From Squalus acanthias (Eukaryota): a DNA stretch of 64,000 bases. The DNA is taken from contig CM059432.1 of assembly GCA_030390025.1 (NCBI GenBank), positions 117,058,001 through 117,122,000 of the forward strand, written 5' to 3'. The position numbers and the translations under genes were made by a program. Under the pieces are notes generated by a model. It made no database searches and was not told the origin of the DNA. It saw only the letters and a program-made list of their open reading frames with translations. The stretch's first letter is position 1. Each line of letters opens with the position of its first letter. Below, one piece after another: positions 50,398 through 62,081 of the stretch.

Positions 50398-51309
50398 CAA
50401 AGGGTAATGGTTGAAAAGTGTTTTTGTGACTGGAAGGCTGTTTCCAGTGGGGTTCCACAGTGCTCAGTACTGGGTCCTTTGCTTTTTGTGGTATATATCA
50501 ATGATTTGAACTTGAATGTAGGAAGTATGATGAAGAAGTTTGCTGATGATACAAAAATTGCCTGTGTGGTTGATAATGAAGAAGAAAGCTGCAGACTGCA
50601 AGAAGATATCAATGGACTGGTAAGGTGGGTAGAACAGTGACAAATGGAATTCAATCTGGAGAAGTGTGAGTTAATGCATTAAGGGAAGGGCTAACAAGGC
50701 AAGGGAATACACTATAATTGGTAGGACACTGAAAAGTGCAGAAGATCAGAGGGAACTTGGAGTGCATGTCCACAGATCCCAGAAGGTAGCAGGCCAGGTA
50801 GATAAGATGGTTAAGAAGGCATACGGGATACTTGCCTTTATTAGCCGAGGCATAGAATATAAGAGCAGTGAGGTTACGCTTGAACTGTATAAAACACTAG
50901 TTAGGCCGCAGCTAGAATACTGCGTGCAGTTCTGGTCACCACATTACAGGAAGGATGTGTTTGCACTAGAGGGGGTGCAGAGGAGATTTACGAGGATGTT
51001 GCCTGGGCTGGAGAATTTTAGCTATGAGGAAAGATTGGATAGGCTGGGGTTGTTTTCTTTGGAACAGAGGAGGCTGAGGGGAGACCTAATTGAGATGTAT
51101 AAAATTATGAGGGGCCTAAATACAGTGGATAGGAAGGACCTATTTCCCTTAGCAGAAGGGTCAATAACCAGGGGGCATAGATTTAAAGTAATTGGTCAGA
51201 AGTTTAGAGGGGATTTGAGGAGAAAATTTTTCACCCAGAGAGTGGTGGGGGTCTGGAACTCACTGCCTGAAAGGATGGTAGAGGCAGAGGCCTTCATCAC
51301 ATTTAAAAA
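50398..51309 (+). mobile_element. CR1 RT-to-C-terminus fragment lacking its 3' UTR
   Basis: SGVPQCSVLGP, FADD, 190-aa C-terminal ORF. Confidence 0.92.
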
Positions 51310-51462
51310 TTGTTTAAAAACAGAACTGTTCTGACAAAGGGTCATCGACCTGAAACGTTAACTCTGTTTCTCTCTCTACAGATGCTGCCTGACCTGCTGA
51401 GTATTTCCAGCATTTTCTGTTTTTATTTCAGATTTCCAGCATTTGCAGTATTTTGCTTTTGT
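51310..51462 (+). mobile_element. Penelope-like terminal fragment including a degenerate hammerhead (51328-51364)
   Basis: GTT-CTGACAA-AGGGTCATCGACCT-GAAA-CGTT-AAC; same sequence as the 38.0-kb and 60.7-kb copies. Confidence 0.8.
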
Positions 51463-51469
51463 GTTTGAG

Positions 51470-51695
51470 TTATCCTCAGTGTCCTGGCCAATATTTATCC
51501 CTCAATCAAAATCGCTAAAACAGATTATCTGGTCATTATCATGTTGATGTTTGTGGGAGCTTGCTGTGTGCAATTGGCTGCCGCATTTCCTACATTATAA
51601 CAGCGACTACACTTCAAAAAGTACTTCATTGGCTGTAAAGCACTTTGGGATGTCCGGTGGTCGTGAAAGGTGCTAAATAAATGCAAGTCTTTCTT
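51470..51695 (+). mobile_element. 3' half of Deu-domain SINE
   Basis: gtgtcctggccaatatttatccctcaatc...gtgaaaggtgctaaataaatgcaagtc. Confidence 0.85.
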
Positions 51696-52009
51696 CCATT
51701 TTATTTTTAATTATTTTTTCAGAAGGCAGTTCACCTTTTTGGGCTCGAGACTGTTTTCAAAACTGACAGCCTTGCTTTAAGAAAATGCAGCGTCTCTACA
51801 GTGATGCGACATTGGGCCTCCTGCTGAGTGCACAGCCTGAAGCAGCGCGATAGTCGCTGGGCTGTGCGCTAAGATCATTCAAATCAGCAGGCAGCACCAA
51901 AGTAACATGCTGCCTGTGCTTTCTAAATGGGGGCGCGATCAAATCTCGCCCCCGAGGTGCCCCCGCCCGTTTTCGGGCCTAATCGATTTTCACCCCCTGG
52001 ATTATGGGG

Positions 52010-52378
52010 TGATAAAATTATGAAAGGATGGGTCAGGGTAGATAGAAACTGTTTACTGTAGTTGAAGGATCAAGAACAAAGGGCCATCGATACAAGATTA
52101 AGTGTAAGTGACTTAGAACAGAGGGCAGGAGAACATTTTTTAAACAGAGAGTTATTAGGCTGTGGAATTCACTTCCTGCATTAGTGGTTTGGGGCAAAAA
52201 CCATGTCAATGTTCAAAATGAATAGATAGGTGGATGAAGGAAAATGGGATGAAAGGGAGCAGGGTGGGTAAATAAGGATAGGACTATTTGCTTACGTGGA
52301 AGGCAAATGCCGTCGTGGGCTGGTTGGGTCAGATAGCTTGCTTCTGTGTTGTAACTTCTATCTATTTCTCTGTATTTC
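52010..52378 (+). mobile_element. Old CR1 3' fragment
   Basis: KIMKGWVRVDRN, cagagagttattaggctgtggaattcacttcc, ttctat-type tail. Confidence 0.7.
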
Positions 52379-52861
52379 TAAAAGTGCGTTTATACGTTAA
52401 TTCCAGCAGGTATTTAGAAGCATTTTACTGGAAGTGGAGGGACTTTATGAGAAAATAAAATGATCGATAGGAATGGATTTTAATTTCTTTTTTGTTTTGA
52501 TCTTTGCCTTCGTGGGAAATCAAAGGTTGACACCCTCAGGAGGCATGATGGGAAGCCGTTCAATATCAATGCATTCCAGTTAAAGTTACCAGTCCTTTAA
52601 CACTGAACATTGTATTAGTACAGGAATAATTAAAGAGATTCAGTTGAATTAATCATGTTCTGCCTTCTAACTGAGGTGGTGTATCACATGGGAAACTACA
52701 TTCAATGCAGTTCATTTATCTTTTAGACCTTACTTACATGCAAGTAATAGCTGCAACATCTAGGAACAGATAGCGGAGAAGATGCCATATTATAAGGACC
52801 TGCCAAGGTAAGGCTATACAAAAGTAATAGGTTTTTGCTGCAGCATTATATGCCACCAAAT

Positions 52862-53342
52862 CATAGAATCATAGATTCATAGAAGATAGGAGCAGGAGTA
52901 GGCCATTCGGCCCCTCTAGCCTGCTCCGCCATTCAATGCGATCATGGCTGATCATCCAAATTCAGTACCCTGTCCCTGCTTTCACCCCATATCCCTTGAT
53001 CCCTTTAGCCTTAAGAAATATATCCAACTCCTTCTTGAATCTATTTAATGAATTGGGCTCTACTGTCTTCTGTGGCAGAGAATTCCACAGGTTCACCACT
53101 CTCTGGGTGAAGAAATTCCTCCTAATTTCTGTCCTAAATGGCTTACCCCTTATCCTTAGACTGTGACCCCTGGTGCTGGACTCCCCGACCATCGGGAACA
53201 TCCTTCCTGCATCTAGTTTGTCCTGTCCTGTCAGAATTTTATAAGTTTCAATGAGATCCCCTCTCATTCTTCTAAACTCCAGCGAGTTTAAGCCCAATCG
53301 ACCCAATCTCTCTTCATACGTCATTCCTGCCATCTCAGGTAT
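52862..53342 (-). mobile_element. Short 5'-truncated young CR1
   Basis: IPEMAGMTYEERLGRLG...GYGVKAGTGY; (attctatg)n tail. Confidence 0.93.
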
Positions 53343-53638
53343 GATTGCATTAGGATGATGGTGAGTGTGAGGGGTGGCTAGTAAGATGGGGATGTGATAA
53401 TGTAGATAGAGAGAGAGGGATGGGTGGACGTGCAAGGATGTGCAGGAGTAGGGTTAGGGAAAGCAGAGTGATGGGGATGTGATGAGAGGCACAGCAGGAT
53501 GAAGTTAAGTGTGGCTTTGTACTCACCTTTCCTGATCTAATGAGATCATTGAAACATTTCTGGCTCTGCACCCAGGTCCTCCTGAACACATCCCTGCCTG
53601 TGACCTCCTCTGCAATTTGGAGCCAGGCTCTTTTTGTT
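53338..53638 (-). repeat. Inverted copy of Harbinger Myb exon 1/intron 1 (source ~55851-56151) fused to the 5' end of the CR1
   Basis: Near-identical reverse complement of ~55851-56151, sharing its ~20-bp intronic deletion relative to the 6.5-kb copy. Confidence 0.9.
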
Positions 53639-53834
53639 GCCTTTCAATCTGTCCTACACACACTGTTTGTCTATGTCAAGCCCTCAGATCACCTTATAGC
53701 TCTTTCATTGCATCTCATGTACACCTATACATCAGCAAGCTGCAGCTTACAATGGAAAGCCTATCACACTCATATTTTGAAAGGTTTTATATGTCAAACC
53801 ACTGTATCACAAATATAGGTCAGAATTTTCTTTA

Positions 53835-55447
53835 CATAGATACATAGATACATAGAAGATAGGAGCAGGAGTAGGCCATCCGGCCCTTCGAGCCTGCTCC
53901 GCCATTTAATGAGATCATGGCTGATCCTCCAATTCAGTATCCCGTCCCCGCCTTCTCTCCGTAACCCTTAACCCCTTTTGCCTGTAGAAATATATCTAAT
54001 TTCCACTTAAATATATTTAATGAGCTGGCGTACACTGCCCTCTGTGGCAATGAGTTCCACAGGTTCACCACCCTCTGAGTGAAGAAATTCCCCCTCATTT
54101 CTGTCCTAAATGGTTTAGCCCTTATCCTTAAATTATGTCCTCTAGTTCTGTTCTCACCCGCCAAGGGAAACATTCCTTCTGCATCTAGTCTGTCTAGACC
54201 TGTCAGAATTTTATACACTTCTATGAGGTCCCCTCTCAATCTTCTAAACTCCAGTGTGTACATCCCTAAACTACATAGTCTCTCCTCATAGGTCAATCCC
54301 GCCATTCCTGGTATCAGCCTGGTGAATCGCCGCTGCACCCCCTCCATGGCAAGAACATCTTTCCTCAGATGAGGCGACCAAAACTGTACACAGTACTCGA
54401 GGTGTGGTCTCACCAGTGCCCTGTACAGCTGCAGCAAGGTATCCCTGTTCCTGTATTCCAACCCTTTTGCTATGAAGGCCAGCATACCGTTTGCCTTCTT
54501 GACCGCCTGTTGCACCTGCATGCTCGCCTTCAGTGACTGGTGTACAAGAACACCCAGGTCTCTCTGTACTTCCCCCTCTCCCAATTTATTGCCATTTAAA
54601 TAATAATTTGCCCTCCCGTTCCTGCACCCAAGATGGATAACTTCTCACTTGTCCACATTATAGTGCATCTGCCATTTATCCGCCCAATCACCCAGTCTGT
54701 CCAAATCGCTCTGGAGCTTCCTGGTCTCCTCCTCTGAGCCCACCCCCCCTCCTAGTTTAGTGTCATCTGCAAATTTGGAAATGCTGCATCCGACTCCCTG
54801 ATCCAGGTCATTAATGTAAATTGTGAACAGCTGGGGACCCAGGACAGATCCCTGTGGTACCCCACTTGTTACTGCCTGCCATTCAGAAAATGAGCCGTTT
54901 ATTCCAACTCTCTGTTTTCTATCTGACAGCCAGTTCTCTATCCACGTCAATACTTTCCCCTTTATCCCATGAGCTTCAATTTTCCATGCTAATCTTTTAT
55001 GTGGGACCTTATCGAAGGCCTTTTGGAAGTCCAGGTACACCACATCTACTGGTTCTCCCCCATCTATTTTACCAGTTACTCCCTCAAAAAATTCCAATAG
55101 ATTAGTCAAGCACGATTTACCCTTTGTAAATCCATGTTGACTCTGTCCTATCCTGTCCGCATTTGCTAAGTGATCCGCTATTTCATCCTTAATGATGGAC
55201 TCCAGCATTTTGCCCACAACTGATGTAAGGCTTACAGGTCTGTAATTACCTGCTTTTTCCCTACCCCCTTTTTGAATAGTGGGGTAACGTTAGCTACCCT
55301 CCAATCCATGGGCACTGTTCCCGAGTCTAATGAATTCTGAAAAATCATACTTAGTGCATCCGCTATCTCTAGGGCCACCTCCTTCAGTACCCTAGGATGC
55401 ATGTTATCAGGCCCTGGGGATTTGTCCGCCTTCAATCCCTTTAGCTT
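53835..55447 (-). mobile_element. Young 5'-truncated CR1 LINE
   Basis: ORFs 55232-55447, 54645-55217, 53934-54584 with all RT motifs; (tatctatg)n tail. Confidence 0.96.
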
Positions 55448-55722
55448 CCTGGGCGGGTCGGGTGTGGGCGGTCGCTGTGGTGGGTCGTGACCCCGTTGTT
55501 GCTCCCATCCCACTCCAGACATCGACTTTGCGCTAATGGGGCCTATTAAGCCTGCCCTACGTGTTACCCGGCCCTATTAAATGGTGCGGGTCTGATGACA
55601 TCATCCATGATGCATTTTCAGCCGGGATATTTAAAGAAGCCATGGCCACATTGCATTTGAAAGTTCATTTAGGAGTGTGCAGAACGCATTGGACAAATCG
55701 ACTGCTGTAAACAGTTCAACAG

Positions 55723-57045
55723 ATGACTGCACAGAGACAGAGGGCTGCACCCAGGACCTCCTATGATGCCCTCCATATGCTTCTGGAGAGAGTCAGAGCA
55801 CGCAGGGAGGTCCTCTTCCCTTCAAATAGGCGGAAGAGGCCTCCCCAGGAAACAAAAAGAGCCTGGCTCCAAATTGCAGAGGAGGTCACAGGCAGGGATG
55901 TGTTCAGGAGGACCTGGGTGCAGAGCCAGAAATGTTTCAATGATCTCATTAGATCAGGAAAGGTGAGTACAAAGCTACACTCAACTTCATCCTGCTGTGC
56001 CTCTCATCACATCCCCATCACTCTGCCTTCCCTAACCCTACTCCTGCACATCCTTGCATGTCCACCCATCCCTCTCTCTCTATCTACATTATCACATCCC
56101 CATCTTACTAGCCACCCCTCACACTTACCATCATCCTAGTGCAATCATACCAACTAACAATACACAAGGAGGCCACTTGGCATTGCCACCCCACTCCATC
56201 ATAGTCTCCCTCTAAAGATCTAACCCATCCATTCCTTACATTCATTCCAGCACTCACACTCAACCTTCTCTTCATTCCGTCCTTGCAGGAAAAGAGAGCG
56301 CACACTGAGAGGGAGAGGGAGAGAACCGGCGGTGGCCCTCCATTATTTGCCACCCTCACAACAGAAGTGGAGGCTGCCTTAGAAGTATCTGGAGTCACCA
56401 AGCAGCTGGAGGTGGGAGACAGAGAGAGGGGGACATCTCAGCAACCTGGTGACAGAATTACGTATCATACAGCTACAGGGCATACATCAGTCACTCATAT
56501 GGAGACTGATGTCAGCAGCCATTGAATGGTCATCATGTGCATAATGGTATCTGTACTCATTCTTGATATGACATATCTAACTCATCTCTTTACTCTCCCA
56601 CATGTCCATCAGAGCCCCCACTCCACTGTCCAGCCGGAGGAGGAAGACGACTCCTGAGAGGAGCCTCCAGTCTCTGAAGGTGCACCGTCAACAGACATAA
56701 GTCCACCCAGCACCAGCGCAGATACACACACCTCGGTGGGTGCCACGCGACAGAGTAGTGTTGTCACCTGGTTTCTCACAACTCACAAGTGAGCAAGAGC
56801 AGATGGTGGAGACAGGGACAGCAGTGGAGAATCCTCGCCAGAGGGCGCAGGATGCCCCCAGCTCTGCTCAGCTGCATGCAGACGCTGAGCCTCAGGGGCC
56901 ATCCAGGAAAAGGGCGATCCTGGAGGTGCAGCAAGAAGTGCAGGAGGCTTTGAAAGGCAAGCGCGATGTCTGCAAATGTGCAGAGAATGGAGGAGTCCTT
57001 CTCCAACATGTACACCTCGTAGAAGCACGCCAAAGAGAAAGATGA
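55723..57045 (+). pseudogene. Harbinger Myb/SANT-like gene, three exons (55723-55962, 56289-56448, ~56603-57045; exon 3 internally deleted)
   Basis: AAPRTSYDALHML..AWLQIAEEVT..TWVQSQKCFNDL; GTGAGT, ccttgcag and GTGACA splice sites. Confidence 0.88.
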
Positions 57046-57339
57046 AACACAAGTAGATTCACAACGGTAGACACTTGGGTGTTTTATTCAATGTTTATGT
57101 AAAGTTTCCGTTATTGTACTGTTAAACATAAAAATCTTAATTTTCACCACTTTGGACAAATTTGTGTGCAGCTTTGGAAGTGGCTTAGTGAGTTGCAGTG
57201 AATGGTGAGACATAACGTTACCTCCAGCAATGGTGGTCAGTGTGAAAGGAATGGCTTGGTCATTGTAGGGATGCTTTTTTGGTATTGCTGTGGGATGGTG
57301 CCAACCTGGCGCAGCATGTGGCAGCCATGTGGGTGCAAT

Positions 57340-58602
57340 GCATAAAGTTAAGTAAATCTGGCCATGATGAGGCCATCCCTGGCCTCCTGGGCTGCAATGT
57401 GCTCAGGTGCTGGTGGGATCTGGCCTGCCAGTTCCTCCAGCTCCTCCCCCTCCTCATCTTCAGCTGATGCTCCTCTTCCTCCTCCTCCTCCTCCTCTGAA
57501 GAGGCTGTGCGCTCAGTGCCTTGCTCCTTATGCAGTGCTAATCCTCGCTGCTGCGCTATGTTGTGCAGGGCGTAGCAGACCACGACGATTCTGGAGACCC
57601 TGGCTGATGCGTACTGAAGGGCTCCTCCAGATCTATCAAGGCATCTGAAGAGCATTTTCAGCAAGCCTATTGTCTGCTCTATGGCACATCTGGTGGAAAT
57701 GTGGCTTTCATTATATTTCTCCTGGGCCTCAGTACTTGGCCTCCTCAAGGTTGTCGTAAGCCACGTCTTCAGTAGATAGCCCTTTTCTTCAAGCAGCCAG
57801 CTGGAAAGTCTGTTTGGAGGAGTGAAGAGCTGAGGGAGGGTGGACTGGCGCAGGATGGAAGAGTCATGGCAGCTGCCAGGGAATTTGGCGCACACATGCA
57901 TGATGATCTTCCTATGGGTGCAGACCAGCTGCATATTGAGGGAGTGGAAGCTCTTGCAGCTGACAAAGACTCCTGGGTTAGGATGGGATGCACTGATGGC
58001 CACATGTGTGCAGTCGATGATGCCCTGCACCCGTCAGAAGCCAGCCAGAGTGACAAAACCGAATGCCCGCTCAGCAACACTGGCTTCATCATTGGTAAAG
58101 TTAATATAATTGGCTGACTTGTCAAAGAGGGCATCGGTGACCTGTGTGATGCATCTGTGGGCAACCGACTGCGAGATGCCGCAAAAGTCTGCTGCAGATC
58201 CCTGGAAGGAGCCTGATGCGAAGAAGTTGAGGAAGCTGGTGACTTTGACAGCCACTGCTAAGACGTGTGCAGCCGCTCCTCTGGGCTGCAGGTCTTCCTC
58301 CAGCAATGTGCAAATGTCTGCGATGACCTGGCGCGATAGCCTGAGCCTCCTTTGGCACTGCTGCTCAATCATGTTGAGGAAGCTCATCCTCTGCCTGTAT
58401 GCCCTGTGTTGGGGGTATCGCCTCCGGCACGGTGCAGCCTGCGCTGATGCCCTCTGCCCTGTGCAGCATCAGGTGGTTAAGGAGAAGGTTGATGGTGTTG
58501 TTGTTGTTGCTTGTGTGCCTGGTGCTGCTGGTGCTGCTGGTGTTGGGGCTGATTGTGGTCCGATTCTGAGGACGAAGGTGAGACAGTATAAACGGCACCC
58601 AT
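57340..58602 (-). pseudogene. Harbinger DDE transposase, disrupted
   Basis: [61 protein letters not shown]. Confidence 0.94.
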
Positions 58603-60674
58603 GCTGATGGAATAGATGGCAGGTCAAGTAGAGATGACAGAAGCAAGCTGTCAATGATGTGATAGGTTCTACCAATGAGGTGAAACTGGATGGCTGGAAA
58701 CATTTGCTTAGAAATCTGTGCTAGGAATGCAGTCAGCAACAGCTTCTGCCTGAGGAAAGTGATCAGCTGTGAGGTGGGAGCTTTTATAGTACATTTCAAC
58801 TAATCAGCTGAATCAATGCCCACTCAACTCCCGCCTCAGTTGACAGACATGGTTCCCGACCTGCGTAATTCCCGTGGTCATCCAGGGAAATTTGAAAAGT
58901 AGGGTTAAAATGGAGCTTAAGGGTCTGACAAGTACCTGTTAGTGATTTGAATTAGGTCGCCCATCTCTGCCGTTCGGAAAGGCACGTGGGGGCAAGATGA
59001 CGGCAGGTTCCCGACCCGCTCCAACATATTTCAAATTTCCCACCTGACCTGCCTCCGATCGTGCCTGCCCAAACCCAGAAAATTCTGGCCATAGTCATTA
59101 ATTGATACCTGGGATGGGTTTCAGGTTGGGCATTTGCCAGTTATCATTGACCTTTTGTACTTTGGGACCAAAAAACAGTATGGTAACATTGCCCATCAGT
59201 GGGGAAGAGGATGAAAGCTTAGGCCGTGCTGACCGATGCACAGGTGTGATCTGTGAGCAACAGATTAACTAATATTGGAGTGGGGTGCCACCAATGAGCA
59301 AGAATTATAAAAGTTGAGGGAAGTGTTGTATCTGTGCTGCAATTTGCCTACAAGTGTGATAGCTGGAACTGGCAAAGCTCTGCACCTGACACCCTGCTGA
59401 TTCATAGGATGTCGAGCCAGTTGTCCATGGCCTCAGTTGTCCTCAGCCATGTAAGTGTGTCAAGGCCTGCAAAAATGGTCTGCAGTCTTCTGATCTCCAT
59501 TATCCTTCTTTCATCTTGGACCACCTAAACTATGGAATATTGTATTTTAGCCACTTTAAAAATAAACTTACCGAAAGGAGTAAAACAGAATTGGCTTTTA
59601 ATTCTGATTAGTCTACGCCCGTGAGCGCACTAGAAACAATAACTTTGGACACCTGCAGACCACGCATAAGAAAGCATGTCTTTGTCCACAAATAAGCACT
59701 TTCCCAGAATTACAGAATAATGAAACCCTTATTGATACAAATTTAAGATAAAGATTACAAATATTGAAAAGATTGTCAGGTTGCCAGAAATAATAGGATA
59801 GATGTTGCAGCTGGCATGGCAGTGCCCTTCTTATACTAAAGATTGGCTGAAATTGTTCTTGCAGCAGATGGCCCATCTCTGCTGACTGTCTCTCTGCCGA
59901 CTGGAAACCTGTGAAGAGGAGGTTCCCCTCGGCCATTGCCAAGTAGATGTGCCAGGTTAGTGGTATCATGGCAAGTGTCAGCAGTTTAGTTCTGGTGTTG
60001 GCCGGACTCCTTAGCATAACTTCTTTTATCTTGCACTATTTCAGTCATGTACCATTACAATAATGAAATGCTGTGAATTGGGTACTTTAAAAGTAGCTTC
60101 CATTATTAATTTTAAATTGACTAGCTAACCGGTTATGGACTGAATAGCTTGCAGTTAAATGCGTTGTTGTTCCCTGAGCTGTGGTGAGAGTCTATGATAA
60201 ATGCTTCAATTATAGTTACTTTGTTGGTGATTTTGCAGATGTTTAACTGCTTTTGATTCAACATAAGCATCACTCACTTGCTCGCATGCCAAGAAAGGGA
60301 AAAAAACAGGAAAAATTAAAAAAGAAACACAGAAAATGAACATTAGAAAAGGGCGAAAAAGGTACTGAAAAAAAGAGCAATGACCCTGACAATCCTATGA
60401 GGCTCTACTCCCACTGCAACTCTGGCAGGAGACTGATGGAACCTCCAGGCGCAAATAGGCGTTTTCAATAGGATTTAAGTCTATGTTTTAACTGTGTCAA
60501 TAGGTTGTAGACTTTGATACCGACTTGGGAGCAATTCATCCCAGCATTTATGCCTTGTTTAGGCCAAAGCTAAGGAATGGCGTGGGCAGTGTTCTTAACC
60601 AGCAGAACTTGGACTGGCTGATTCCCATCCAAGAGTCTCAGTGGCTTGTCACACTCCCGCCAGATCGTGGACAT

Positions 60675-60910
60675 GCAAAAGCAAAGTACTGCTGATGCTG
60701 GAAATCTGAAATAAAAACAGAAAATGCTGGAAATACTCAGCAGGTCAGGCAGCATCTGTGGAGAGAGAAACAGAGTTAATGTTTCAGGTTGATGACCTAT
60801 CGTCAGAACTGGAAAAATTTTACAGATTTAACAGGTTTTAAGCAAGTACAGAGGCAGGGAACGAGGGGAGGGGAGGAAAGAACAAAAGGGAAGGTCTGTG
60901 ATAGAGTGGT
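60675..60910 (-). mobile_element. Penelope-like terminal fragment with hammerhead (60774-60810)
   Basis: AGTT-CTGACGA-TAGGTCATCAACCT-GAAA-CATT-AACT; homologous to 37993-38190. Confidence 0.82.
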
Positions 60911-62081
60911 GAGGTTGTGAAAGGCGCTATATAAATGCAAGTCTGTCTTTTCCTTTTTATAACAGGTGGCTGATCTACTATCGCATGTTTTGTGCCCTGT
61001 TGACGTTGAATTTCACCCCATGTATGAATGACTAGAACAGTGACTGAACCATTTCCAGAAGGTTAAAATTCAGTTCTTTACTATTGATTTATTTTGCTTC
61101 TTAATTAATTTACATCTTGCTTAAAAATTAATTAATAGATCTTCCAATGTGATGTTTTTTCACCTGAAGGAGAGCTCAGGCATTTACATGCAGTAGGCAT
61201 GAAAGGGGTGACTAGCAGTGCTCCTGGCAGGGGCAGAAAGCGGAAAATTTAGCTTGGGGTAGGCCTTACCACCCGATTTGTCCCCCGTACTTTTTATGCC
61301 ATTATCCTGTCCAATTTCTAATGGGAAAGTGGAGAACAAGACAGCTCTATATAATGTATAGATGTGAGCCAAAAAATATTAAACTTTTTTGATGGTTTTT
61401 GCATGTTTATGCTTAATTTATTTTGCATTGCATAGTGATTTTATCACGTCAAAACGTTCTCTGAAAATATTAGAAGACTACTGAGGTCATTAAATGCTCA
61501 ATTTGATCATAATCTCTCTCCGTACATCTCATTAATCTGATGCTCTGCTGATTAATTGCTTTGTTGATGATTCTTACTCAATGACGTGAATCTGGCGACT
61601 CTTTCTAAGTCATTGAACGCTTAGATATTCTTTCTCTCCTGCCAGATTTTAACAATGCCTTCTTGCCACTTATAAGCTCAGAAATGACTGTCGATGCTAT
61701 CAGTGGACAAATCCTCGGTGTGCTTAAAAGACATTTCTCGCTTTCTTGTTTTAACTGAGGCTTTATTCCATTCGAAATGCATTTAGATAGGAGACAAAGG
61801 AATGTCATCTGAATGTGTGAAATGTTTGTAGGCTGACATTGCCAACAGTAATTTCTATGCTATTTGTTTCAATCAGTTTGATCCGATTGTTCCTGCTCTT
61901 GCTTTTACAAACCCTGAACCTCCTCACTGAATTGTTAATGATTGCAAAGAAATTGGAACACTGTGATTCTATGATCTGGTTCTATCAGTGGGGACTGGGA
62001 CAAGTAAAGAAACAAAAGAAGAGGTGTAAATGGGAATGGTAGAATCATCAACAGCTGTCATTTGAAAAAATAGGAGCAGAG

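Larger units (their letters stand above)
53818..59090. mobile_element. PIF/Harbinger transposon with a CR1 inserted just inside its left TIR
   Basis: TIR ggtcagaattttc / gaaaattctggcc (12/13); ATA at 53815-53817 and 59091-59093; Myb on plus, transposase on minus. Confidence 0.93.

Noticed and set aside
57340..58602. Domesticated HARBI1/NAIF1-type host genes
   Set aside because: All copies lie between TIRs with TSDs and carry stops, frameshifts or mutated splice sites
59300..59530. RTE 3' end remnant on minus strand
   Set aside because: Only a vague Cys-motif resemblance; too decayed to call without a search
59613..60017. 134-aa ORF with a signal-peptide-like N-terminus, and a plus-strand AG...GT exon candidate at ~59864-59956
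   Set aside because: No recognisable domain or partner exons; the plus-strand candidate has stops in all three frames
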